Source: Caryophanon sp.
GTDB taxonomy: Bacteria > Bacillota > Bacilli > Bacillales_A > Planococcaceae
Length of the DNA: 64,000 bases
Assembly (NCBI GenBank): GCA_036309765.1
Contig: JAXJTE010000106.1
Coordinates: 27,703 to 91,702 of the forward strand
Reading direction: 5' to 3'
The translations under genes and the position numbers were made by a program. The notes beneath the pieces are model-generated. The model was not told where the DNA came from. It made no database searches and was given only the letters and a program-made list of their open reading frames with translations. Positions 28,972 through 37,391 of this stretch are shown one piece after another; the first letter of the stretch is position 1, and every line of letters starts with the position of its first letter.

Positions 28972-29580
28972 TTAACGGTAACGATTGACAACGCCGCTTA
29001 AGCCTTCATCTGTCGTACCTGTTCCAATTGCGCCAAACTTCCACTCATTGCCGTTGCGATAAATTTCGCCTGTAATAAGCGCTGTTTGCCCACCGTAATT
29101 ATCTGTTAAGTTGTAACGTAAAAGCTCTTCATTGCTCGCTGGATTTAGCACGCGAATGTACGCATTTTGAATCATACCGAAATCTTGATTGCGCTTTTTC
29201 GCTTCGTAAATGTTTACGACAAATACTAATTTGTTATATTGAGTTGGTACAGCGTTTAAGTCGATGAAAATTGTTTCATCATCGCCTGAACCTTCACCCG
29301 TCAAGTTATCGCCTGAATGCTTCACAGAGCCATCTGTACTTGCTTTGCGTCCGAAATAAACAACATCATCCTGGTTGACTAAACGATCGTTTTGCAGCAT
29401 GATTACCGATGCATCACAGTCGACGCTTGCGCCACCGCCACCACCGAATAAACCACCTAGCAAACCACCGCTTTTCTTTTGCTCAACAGGATCCCAGCCT
29501 AAGCCGACCTGTAAGCGTGAAAGACCCGCATTCCCTTTTGTTAAATCAATGCGTTGTCCTTTTTGTAAATTCACTACCAC
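28972..29580 (-). CDS. TerD family stress protein (YceC-like, with a Gly-rich insert)
   Basis: 202 aa: [52 protein letters not shown]. Confidence 0.9.
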   Translation of the reverse strand: MVVNLQKGQRIDLTKGNAGLSRLQVGLGWDPVEQKKSGGLLGGLFGGGGGASVDCDASVIMLQNDRLVNQDDVVYFGRKASTDGSVKHSGDNLTGEGSGDDETIFIDLNAVPTQYNKLVFVVNIYEAKKRNQDFGMIQNAYIRVLNPASNEELLRYNLTDNYGGQTALITGEIYRNGNEWKFGAIGTGTTDEGLSGVVNRYR

Positions 29581-29879
29581 GAATATACAACTCCCTTACA
29601 TGTGTAATTTGTTGCTATACTATTGCTTACGCTTTCACGCAAAAAAGGTCATTTCTCAAAAAATTAAGCCTTTTTTCCATTATAAAAGCTCCCCCAAAAT
29701 AATGCCAATTTGCGCCCCACAAAATTACAGCGATTTTTTCAGCCTGAGATTTCTTCCTACAACCGCACCGCTTCTTCATCACACAATTTTTAGAATTAAC
29801 AAAATATTTTCATCATGGCAGTGGAAAATATGATAGAATAGTTCAACACGATTTTTAAGTTATGCGGAGGAATTGACTA

Positions 29880-31142
29880 ATGGAAGTTGCAGAACCAAAA
29901 ATGTTACAAGTGGAAAACGTGCTAATTGCACATCATTTTTTAAAAGATGTCGTAGCGCACACACCACTGCAATATAACGATTATTTATCACAGTTGTACG
30001 GTGCCAACATTTACTTTAAGCGAGAAGATTTACAGCACGTGCGCTCATTCAAGCTGCGCGGTGCATATTACAAAATTAAAAAGATCGAAAAAGATGCACG
30101 TCCAGTAGGTGTCGTTTGTGCGAGTGCCGGCAACCACGCACAAGGTGTTGCGTACGCTTGTGCTCACCTACAAATTCAAGCGACCATCTTCATGCCAAAG
30201 ACGACGCCGAAGCAAAAAGTAACACAAGTGCGCATGTTCGGACGTGAATTTGTCGAGATCATTTTAGCAGGCGATACGTTTGACGAATCATCAACAGCGG
30301 CACAAAGCTACTGCGAAGAACACGGCAAAATTTTCATTCACCCGTTCGATGATGTTGACGTAATGGCAGGTCAAGGTACAGTCGCAGTTGAATTTATGAA
30401 CGATATCGAAGCACCGATGGATTACGTATTCGGCAGCATTGGCGGTGGCGGTTTAATGTCAGGCGTCGGCGCATACGTAAAAAGCTTATCGCCACAAACG
30501 AAAGTAATCGGCGTCGAGCCAGCTGGTGCGGCAAGTATGAAAGCAGCATTCGAGCATAAAGAGCCAGTGACGCTACCACATATCGAAAAATTCGTCGATG
30601 GTGCAGCAGTACAACGCGTCGGCAATTACACGTACAATGTGTGCCAGCACTATTTAGATGATGTCATTACTGTTCCAGAAGGCAAAGTATGTACGACGAT
30701 TTTAGAGCTGTACAACAAGCACGCAATCGTTGCAGAGCCAGCTGGTGCATTACCAGTAGCCGCGCTTGATTTTTATAAAAACGACATTAAAGGTAAAACG
30801 GTTGTCATCATTATTAGCGGTGGTAACAACGACATCGGACGCATGCAAGAAATTAAAGAAAAGTCGCTTATTTATGAAGGCTTACTTTACTACTTCATCG
30901 TCAACTTCCCACAACGCTCAGGCGCACTTCGTCAGTTTTTAACATCTGTACTCGGACCAAACGATGACATTACGACGTTTGAGTACACGAAGAAAAACAA
31001 CAAAGAAAGCGGACCAGCCCTTGTCGGCATCGAGGTATCTCACCCAGACGATTACCCAGGCTTACTAAAACGCATGGTTGAAAACGGCTTTGAATATAAA
31101 GAAGTAAATAACGATAGCACATTATTTGCGCTGCTCGTGTAA
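29880..31142 (+). CDS. ilvA: Threonine ammonia-lyase (biosynthetic threonine dehydratase)
   Basis: 420 aa. PLP-lysine motif SFKLRGA, GGGGL glycine loop and a single C-terminal ACT-like regulatory domain, as in B. subtilis IlvA. Confidence 0.9.
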   Translation: MEVAEPKMLQVENVLIAHHFLKDVVAHTPLQYNDYLSQLYGANIYFKREDLQHVRSFKLRGAYYKIKKIEKDARPVGVVCASAGNHAQGVAYACAHLQIQATIFMPKTTPKQKVTQVRMFGREFVEIILAGDTFDESSTAAQSYCEEHGKIFIHPFDDVDVMAGQGTVAVEFMNDIEAPMDYVFGSIGGGGLMSGVGAYVKSLSPQTKVIGVEPAGAASMKAAFEHKEPVTLPHIEKFVDGAAVQRVGNYTYNVCQHYLDDVITVPEGKVCTTILELYNKHAIVAEPAGALPVAALDFYKNDIKGKTVVIIISGGNNDIGRMQEIKEKSLIYEGLLYYFIVNFPQRSGALRQFLTSVLGPNDDITTFEYTKKNNKESGPALVGIEVSHPDDYPGLLKRMVENGFEYKEVNNDSTLFALLV

Positions 31143-31145
31143 CAA

Positions 31146-31188
31146 AAAAAGGTGTGTGAAAAGTTTCGACTTTTCACACACCCTTTTT
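31146..31188. terminator. Bidirectional terminator
   Basis: AAAAAAAGGTGTGTGAAAAGTTTCGACTTTTCACACACCCTTTTTC. Confidence 0.85.
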
Positions 31189-31196
31189 CATTTTAT

Positions 31197-31991
31197 TTAG
31201 CCAAGTAACGCGCGGTCGCTGTTCATCTTTTCGCCGCGAATTTTCTCAAACGCCGCCATTAAATCTGGAATCGTTAAGTTTGCCTTTTCCGCTTCGTTCA
31301 CTTCTAAAATAATTTGCCCTTTATCCATCATAATGAGACGGTTGCCGAGGTCGAGCGCTTGCTGCATGTTGTGCGTCACCATGAGCGTCGTAAGCGAGTC
31401 CTTTTCTACAAGCTGCTTCGTAATGTTCGTAATTAGCTCTGCACGCGACGGATCGAGCGCGGCTGTATGCTCATCTAACAGTAAAATCGACGGCTGCGTA
31501 AACGTCGCCATCAGTAGCGACAACGCCTGACGCTCACCACCAGACAGCATGCCAACTTTCGCATTTAAACGATTTTCCAAATTCAGCGACAGCATTTCAA
31601 GCGCTGTACGGTAAATATCTTTTTTCTTTTTGTTTACACCGAAGCCGAGCGTGCGCGTTTTCGTACGGTTATACGCAATCGCTAAGTTTTCCTCAATCGT
31701 CATGGACGGTGCTGTACCTGCCATCGGATCTTGGAATACGCGACCGATATGGCGTGCGCGTTTGTATTCCGCGTCACCCGTCACGTTTTTGCCGTTAATT
31801 TGAATTGTGCCGAAGTCCGGCGTAAGCGCTCCCGAAATCATGTTCATCATCGTCGACTTCCCTGCGCCGTTACTACCGATTATTGTTACGAAGTCTCCCG
31901 GTGCTAAATGTAAATTAATATCACCGAGCGCCACCTTTTCGTCTGGTGTGCCTTCATTGAATACTTTATTAATGTTTGTTAATTTAAGCAC
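31197..31991 (-). CDS. ABC transporter ATP-binding protein
   Basis: Walker A GSNGAGKST, signature LSGGERQ, Walker B LLLDEHTA. Confidence 0.9.
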   Translation of the reverse strand: MLKLTNINKVFNEGTPDEKVALGDINLHLAPGDFVTIIGSNGAGKSTMMNMISGALTPDFGTIQINGKNVTGDAEYKRARHIGRVFQDPMAGTAPSMTIEENLAIAYNRTKTRTLGFGVNKKKKDIYRTALEMLSLNLENRLNAKVGMLSGGERQALSLLMATFTQPSILLLDEHTAALDPSRAELITNITKQLVEKDSLTTLMVTHNMQQALDLGNRLIMMDKGQIILEVNEAEKANLTIPDLMAAFEKIRGEKMNSDRALLG

Positions 31992-32997
31992 CTGGATTCC
32001 CCCTTACGTTGTTGCGAAATTGCTCTTTTCGTTTTGCCTTGCGTTTACGCTCTTTCATTTTCGCAAGCACTTGCGGTAAAATAAGCGCTAAAATAACGAT
32101 GATTGCTGTAATTAATTTTAAGTCCGCTGCATCTAACCATTCGATGCGCAGTGCAACAGCTAGTACAATTCGGTAAATAATTGCCCCTAAAATAACAGCC
32201 AGCGTCGTGCGCACAATCGTTTTCGTACCAAAAATGGCTTCACCAATAATAACAGAAGCTAAACCGATGACGATCATGCCGACACCCATGCTCACGTCTG
32301 CTGATTTTGCATACTGAGCAACGAGCGCACCAGAAAACGCAACAAGCGCATTCGATAAACCTAAGCCTAAAATAATGTAGTTATCTGTATTTGCGGAGAA
32401 GCTGCGAATCATGCGCTTATTGTCGCCTGTCGCACGAATCGCTAAGCCCATCTCCGTTTTTAAGAACCAGTCAACAATCACTTTAATACCTAGCGTAATG
32501 ACGATCATTAACACAATCGTACCTACCGTTGACGGAATCGCACCTGTTACAAAGCTGCTTAACATAGTTTTAACGCTTTCATCGATTGGAAGCGTCGTCC
32601 ACCATGAGCCAAATAACGAGAACACCGACTCCGTATTTAATAGTGGAATGTTTGGACGTGTCGCCGCTTCTGTCGTCGTCCCCATAATGCGTAAGTTAAT
32701 CGAGTACAACGCAATCATCATTAAAATCCCTGATAATAGCGCGTTAATTTTTCCTTTCGTGTGCAGTAAGCCTGTACAGCACCCTGCGATAAAGCCGGCA
32801 ACGATCGCTACTGATGTCGCAAGCAATGGATTGTAGCCGAGCGTAATCATCGCCGCTGCAACTGCCGCCCCTGTTACGAAGCTACCGTCTACCGTTAAAT
32901 CTGGAAAGTCTAAAATACGAAATGTAATGAATACGCCGAGCGCCATGATCGCATAAATAATGCCGAGCTCGACCGAACCGAAAATTGCGGTAAACAT
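31984..32997 (-). CDS. ABC transporter permease (partner of the PF04392-type binding protein)
   Basis: 337 aa, polytopic. An 8-nt overlap with the ATPase gene. Confidence 0.85.
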   Translation of the reverse strand: MFTAIFGSVELGIIYAIMALGVFITFRILDFPDLTVDGSFVTGAAVAAAMITLGYNPLLATSVAIVAGFIAGCCTGLLHTKGKINALLSGILMMIALYSINLRIMGTTTEAATRPNIPLLNTESVFSLFGSWWTTLPIDESVKTMLSSFVTGAIPSTVGTIVLMIVITLGIKVIVDWFLKTEMGLAIRATGDNKRMIRSFSANTDNYIILGLGLSNALVAFSGALVAQYAKSADVSMGVGMIVIGLASVIIGEAIFGTKTIVRTTLAVILGAIIYRIVLAVALRIEWLDAADLKLITAIIVILALILPQVLAKMKERKRKAKRKEQFRNNVRGNPGA

Positions 32998-33105
32998 GTT
33001 GTTCCTCCTCTATTTTGAATGAATGTATTGAACTGACGATGCGACACTTTTTACATCACATAAAGAAAGGCAGCTCTGCCATACTCCACAGAACTGCCTT
33101 TTTGT

Positions 33106-34095
33106 TTATTGTAAAAGCTCCGCGCCCCAAGAGTCTTGAATGTCTAAACCTAACGTATCTGCTGTTTCTTGATTGATTAATAGTTTTAAGTTTTGCGGAT
33201 ATTGTACTGGTAAATCGGCTGGTGCTGCTTCACCTGTTAAAATTTTCACAGCCATTTGCCCTGCTTCAAAGCCGATGTCGTAATATTCAAAGCCGTACGC
33301 TGCTAAACCGCCGCGTGCTACTGAATCAAGTTCGCCTACAAGCAGTGGTAATTTGTTCGTGTTCGCTACTTCGATTACTGATTCTAATGCTAATACAACC
33401 GTGTTATCTGTAATGATGTAGAAGCCGTCTACTTTACCAACTAATGATTCGGCTGCTTGCTTTACTTCCGCAGACGTTGATACCGATGCTTCTTGAATAA
33501 CTAAGCCAAGTGCCGCTGCTTTTTCTTTTACTTGCTTCACTTGCTCTACAGAGTTCGGCTCACCAGCGTTGTACACCATACCGATTGTGTTTAATTTTAA
33601 TTCTTGTGCGAACGCTAACGTTTTGTCGATCGTTTCTGGATGTAAATCAATCGTACCTGTTACGTTGCCACCTGGTTGTTCTATCGATTGAACAAGCTGT
33701 GCTGCCACTGCATCTGTTACCGATGTGAAAACGATTGGCTTTTCTGTCGTTTGTGCTAACGCCGCTTGTGCAGACGGTGTTGAGTTTGCAAAAATTAAAT
33801 CAACGTCGCTGTTTACTAAATTTTGTGCGATTGTTGTATTTAAGCTGTTGTCGCCTTGTGCAAGCTGTGCATCGTACTCTACGTTTAAGCCTGCTTCTTC
33901 TAATGCCGCTTTGAAGCCTTCGCTCGCCGCATCAAGTGATGGGTGCTCCATTAATTGTGTAATGCCGACTTTATACGTTTTTTCTCCTGTATCTGAAGAC
34001 GAATCATCCACTGCTTCGTCCTCTCCGCCACATGCTGCAAGTACTGTTATAACTGCCAGTAACATTAACATGAGCGTCCATTTTGTTTTCTTCAT
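33106..34095 (-). CDS. ABC transporter substrate-binding lipoprotein (ABC_sub_bind / PF04392-like family)
   Basis: LAAC lipobox and the KVGITQLMEHPSLDAASEGFKAALEEAGL pattern typical of this family. The substrate cannot be read from the sequence. Confidence 0.8.
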   Translation of the reverse strand: MKKTKWTLMLMLLAVITVLAACGGEDEAVDDSSSDTGEKTYKVGITQLMEHPSLDAASEGFKAALEEAGLNVEYDAQLAQGDNSLNTTIAQNLVNSDVDLIFANSTPSAQAALAQTTEKPIVFTSVTDAVAAQLVQSIEQPGGNVTGTIDLHPETIDKTLAFAQELKLNTIGMVYNAGEPNSVEQVKQVKEKAAALGLVIQEASVSTSAEVKQAAESLVGKVDGFYIITDNTVVLALESVIEVANTNKLPLLVGELDSVARGGLAAYGFEYYDIGFEAGQMAVKILTGEAAPADLPVQYPQNLKLLINQETADTLGLDIQDSWGAELLQ

Positions 34096-34284
34096 CTGTT
34101 ATCCCCCTTCTGTTACGTTGAAGTGCTAAATTGTTTCAAGATAACGTTTATATTAATACTGAATTTTCTATCAGTCAACAACATTCTGAAATTTCCAATA
34201 TTTAAAACGTCATTACACTTCTGTTTTTATTCATTTGACGTCAGATGTGTGAAGCTTTACAATAATAACTTGTGTGTCACACAC

Positions 34285-34322
34285 CGTGGTTCGTAACCAT
34301 CCCACGCAAAAAAACTAAGGAG
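34285..34322 (+). promoter_or_regulatory. preQ1-I riboswitch (aptamer 34285-34318, overlapping the AAGGAG Shine-Dalgarno at 34317-34322)
   Basis: CGTGGTTCGTAACCATCCCACGCAAAAAAACTAAGG aligns position by position with the B. subtilis queC aptamer AGAGGUUCUAGCUACACCCUCUAUAAAAAACUAAGG (P1 CGTGG/CCACG, A-rich tail, CTAAGG). Confidence 0.85.
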
Positions 34323-34330
34323 AAATGAAT

Positions 34331-34819
34331 ATGAACACAAAATTTTTAGCAGTGAGCGGCATTATTGCAGCGGTGTATATCGCGGTGACGATGATGTTTG
34401 CGCCACTATCGTTCGGAGCTGTGCAACTGCGCTTTTCCGAAATGTTTAACCACTTAATCGTCTTTAGCCCAAAATACGGAATCGGCGTTGTCATCGGCGT
34501 CTTTATTTCGAACTGGCTATTTTCAAGCTTAGGTGTTGCCGATTTAATTTTCGGTGTCGGTCATACAATCATTACGTTCGTGATCGCGCTCATCATTTTT
34601 AAATTCGTTAAAAACGTTTGGGCTCGACTTGTCATTAACTCGTTATTATTTACGACGACGATGTTTATTATTGCATATGAGTTAAACCTCGTGCTTGAGC
34701 TGCCGTTTTTTGAAACATGGCTATATTTAGCGATTGGTGAGTTTATCGTGCTTGCGATTGGTATGCCGATTATGTATACGTTAAATAAACGTTTATCATT
34801 TGAAAACATGATGAAATAG
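34331..34819 (+). CDS. queT: Queuosine-precursor transporter QueT (ECF-type S component)
   Basis: About 162 aa with five or six TM segments and the FGAVQLRFSEMFNHL motif typical of QueT. Preceded by the preQ1 riboswitch. The ATG at 34331 has better SD spacing than the one at 34325. Confidence 0.85.
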   Translation: MNTKFLAVSGIIAAVYIAVTMMFAPLSFGAVQLRFSEMFNHLIVFSPKYGIGVVIGVFISNWLFSSLGVADLIFGVGHTIITFVIALIIFKFVKNVWARLVINSLLFTTTMFIIAYELNLVLELPFFETWLYLAIGEFIVLAIGMPIMYTLNKRLSFENMMK

Positions 34820-34891
34820 ACTGCATTATGCGGTCTTTACATAGGAAAGGAGCTGTACGAAATGGTTTTTTCGAACAGCTCCTTTGTCATT

Positions 34892-36505
34892 TTATAACTG
34901 CATCGGGTACAGCGTGTTTAATTCCTCGCGCAGCTTCGCCTTTAAGAATTTCCCTACTGATGTTTTTGGAATTTCTTTTAAGAACACAACATCGTCTGGG
35001 ATCCACCATTTCGCAAATTGCGTCGATAAGTATTCTAAAATTTCTTCCTTCGTCACCTCAGCACCTTCGTGTAACACGACGCATGCGAGTGGTCGCTCTT
35101 GCCAGCGAACGTGTGGAATCGCAATAACTGCCGCTTCAAAAATTGCATCGTGTGACATGAGTGCATTTTCAATATCTACTGAAGAAATCCATTCGCCGCC
35201 TGATTTAATTAAATCTTTCGTGCGGTCCGTAATTTTAATGAGTCCGTCTTTCGTACGCACCGCGATGTCACCTGTGTATAACCAGCCGTCGCGGTATACA
35301 TCGATTGTGCGTTCGTCGTTGTAGTACTCATGTGAAATCCATGGTCCTCGAAGACGTAGCTCTCCCATTGTTTCGCCGTCCCACGGTACTTCGCCGTCCT
35401 CGTTCACGATGCTTGACTCAACGCCCATTACCGTCATCCCTTGCGTCGATAATGCATCCGCTAATTCTTCCTCTGAATAATCATCCATCCATGATTGCTT
35501 CGTGCCGAGTGATACGATTGGCGTCGTTTCTGTCATGCCGTAAGCGATTGTGTACGGAATGTTGAACTTCTTCTCAAACGTGCGAATAAGCCCTTTTGGT
35601 GATGCCGAGCCGCCCGCAAAAATTGTACGTAACGACGACATGTCGCGCGTTTCTTTTTCTAAAATTTGCTGCACGCCAAGCCAAATTGTCGGCACGCCTG
35701 CTGTTACCGTTACGCGGTGCTGTTCGATTAAATCGACAATTAAGCCGGTCGTAAACTGCGGTCCTGGTAATACAAGTGTTGCGCCAACATTAACGCTCGT
35801 AAATGGCAGACCCCATGCATTTACATGGAACATCGGCACGATTGGTAACACGGTATCGCGCTCGCAAATACCCATCGAATCGGTTGCTGCTTGCATTAAG
35901 CTATGTAAGTATAAGCCACGGTGCGTGTACACAACGCCTTTAGGATTCCCTGTCGTTGCCGATGTGTAGCACATGCCCGCTGGTAAATTTTCATCTAAGT
36001 CGGTCGGGAACTCGAAGCTTTCGTCCGCCTCGGCTAACAATTGCTCGTACGACATAGCGTTTGGTAACGTCGTCTCAAGCGTTGCATCATCTGTCATCAC
36101 GATGTAGTGCTTCACCGTCGTTAACTGGTCTTGAATGTTTTCAATGATTGGCAGTAAATCCACATCAATTAATAGCACCTCATCTTGCGCGTGATTAATG
36201 ATGTAAATTAAATGCTCCTCTGATAAACGAATATTAACCATATGTAAAATTGCGCCTGTACATGGCACAGCGAAATAAGCCTCTAAATGGCGATGCTGAT
36301 TCCATGCGAACGATCCGATTTTTGTTCCCTTTGTCATGCCAAGCTTCGTTAACGCGCTTGCTAATCGACGTGTACGCTTTGCCCATTCCCCATATGTCAG
36401 CTCATGCGTTACGGTGTCGCTTGTGCGTGAAATAATTTTTTTATGTGCGAAATACGTTTCTGCACGCGTTAAAAATGATGTTAATACTAATTGCGTGTCC
36501 ATCAT
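34892..36505 (-). CDS. AMP-dependent acyl-CoA synthetase / long-chain-fatty-acid--CoA ligase
   Basis: AMP-binding motifs YTSATTGNPKGV, YGMTET and YTGDIAV...GEWISS. 537 aa. Confidence 0.88.
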   Translation of the reverse strand: MMDTQLVLTSFLTRAETYFAHKKIISRTSDTVTHELTYGEWAKRTRRLASALTKLGMTKGTKIGSFAWNQHRHLEAYFAVPCTGAILHMVNIRLSEEHLIYIINHAQDEVLLIDVDLLPIIENIQDQLTTVKHYIVMTDDATLETTLPNAMSYEQLLAEADESFEFPTDLDENLPAGMCYTSATTGNPKGVVYTHRGLYLHSLMQAATDSMGICERDTVLPIVPMFHVNAWGLPFTSVNVGATLVLPGPQFTTGLIVDLIEQHRVTVTAGVPTIWLGVQQILEKETRDMSSLRTIFAGGSASPKGLIRTFEKKFNIPYTIAYGMTETTPIVSLGTKQSWMDDYSEEELADALSTQGMTVMGVESSIVNEDGEVPWDGETMGELRLRGPWISHEYYNDERTIDVYRDGWLYTGDIAVRTKDGLIKITDRTKDLIKSGGEWISSVDIENALMSHDAIFEAAVIAIPHVRWQERPLACVVLHEGAEVTKEEILEYLSTQFAKWWIPDDVVFLKEIPKTSVGKFLKAKLREELNTLYPMQL

Positions 36506-36729
36506 GAAGCATTCCTCCCCAATTCATAGTTCCCCTTTTTGTGAATATTTTTCCAATATCCTTTCTCGATTATACAAAATATAGCTACATCAAGCAATTT
36601 TCTTTTTCAAAAATATATATTTTTATCGTTCGTGCGTAACTTAGATGTCTATATAAGCTGTGCTATGACCGTTATTAGTAAACGTTTCTTGAGTCAAGCA
36701 GCGGCTAATCGTAATGCATTTTAAAATGG

Positions 36730-36830
36730 ACGCAAAAGCCCGAGACTCAATACCACGCAGTCATGAGAATCGGATCAGCAAGAACGCTTGAGCCGAGACC
36801 GCGGAAAGTGAGCCAACTAGAGCGTTCCTC
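36730..36830. repeat. Palindromic intergenic repeat, copy C (degenerate)
   Basis: AAAGCCCGAGACTCAATACCACGCAGTCATGAGAATCGG...CGCTTGAGCCGAGACCGCGGAAAGTGAGCC parallels copy A, AGCCCGAGCCTCGAGACCCCGCAGTCGTGAGG...GGCTTGAGCCGGGCCCCAGGAACGCGAGCC. Confidence 0.6.
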
Positions 36831-36853
36831 AATCATATAGTTATCTGAAAATA

Positions 36854-36882
36854 TTGACATTTACGACTTTTTCCTCTACAAT
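36854..36882 (+). promoter_or_regulatory. SigA-type promoter of the trp leader
   Basis: TTGACA (36854-36859), a 17-nt spacer, then TACAAT (36877-36882). Confidence 0.7.
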
Positions 36883-36894
36883 CAAAAATAACTT

Positions 36895-37172
36895 TTCGAA
36901 CGGATTTGAGTAGAGAAAAGTAGAGCAGAGCATAGTTGAGAAATTGATGACATAAGAAGAGTACTGTGAACGACGTATTATAGAGAGCTAGTGGTCGGTG
37001 CAAACTAGTATACCGTTTATACGAATGGACTTATGAGAGCTGTTAATACCAGACGTCTTCCCTACGTTATAAGGGAGCTTGAGATGGAAGTAGCGATACT
37101 TCTAATTTGAGGTGGCAACGCGGTAACAATCGTCCTCTACATGTGTAAAAGCATGTAGGGGCTTTTTTTGTT
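36895..37172 (+). promoter_or_regulatory. T-box riboswitch, tryptophan-specific (UGG specifier)
   Basis: Stem I elements (TAGAGAG GA motif, AGTA, distal GGTCGGTGCAAAC). Specifier context GAA-TGG-A with UGG at 37026-37028. T-box sequence AATTTGAGGTGGCAACGCGG at 37104-37123. Terminator CCTCTACATG...CATGTAGGGGCTTTTTTT at 37134-37169. Confidence 0.85.
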
Positions 37173-37227
37173 TCTATTGGATTTTCTAGTTTCAATAACA
37201 GATGCTTAGAAATTGCAGTGAACGTAG

Positions 37228-37312
37228 GCTCGAAACGAGAGGCGGACTCCTGCGGGAAAAGTGTGAGCGCGACACGAAAGGTTCGAGCCACGCCCGCGGA
37301 AAGCCTGCCTTG
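37228..37312. repeat. Palindromic intergenic repeat, copy D (inside the trp leader, after the T-box terminator)
   Basis: CGAAACGAGAGGCGGACTCCTGCGGGAAAAGTG...CGCCCGCGGAAAGCCTGCCTTG. The ends are nearly identical to copy B. Confidence 0.8.
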
Positions 37313-37391
37313 ATGTAAAGAGCTTTACGATAAAACACACATAGCCATCACGTATACTAGAAAACCTTCATTATTAAAGGGAGTGAAATTC

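Noticed and set aside
22269-29580. Labelling the cluster a 'tellurite resistance operon'.
   Set aside because: The name is historical. The membrane components usually tied to the tellurite phenotype (TerC, TerB, TelA) are absent from the window, so only family membership is claimed, not the phenotype.
37067-37291. 74-aa minus-strand ORF.
   Set aside because: It overlaps the T-box, its terminator and repeat copy D. The sequence is explained by RNA structure and the repeat, not by coding.
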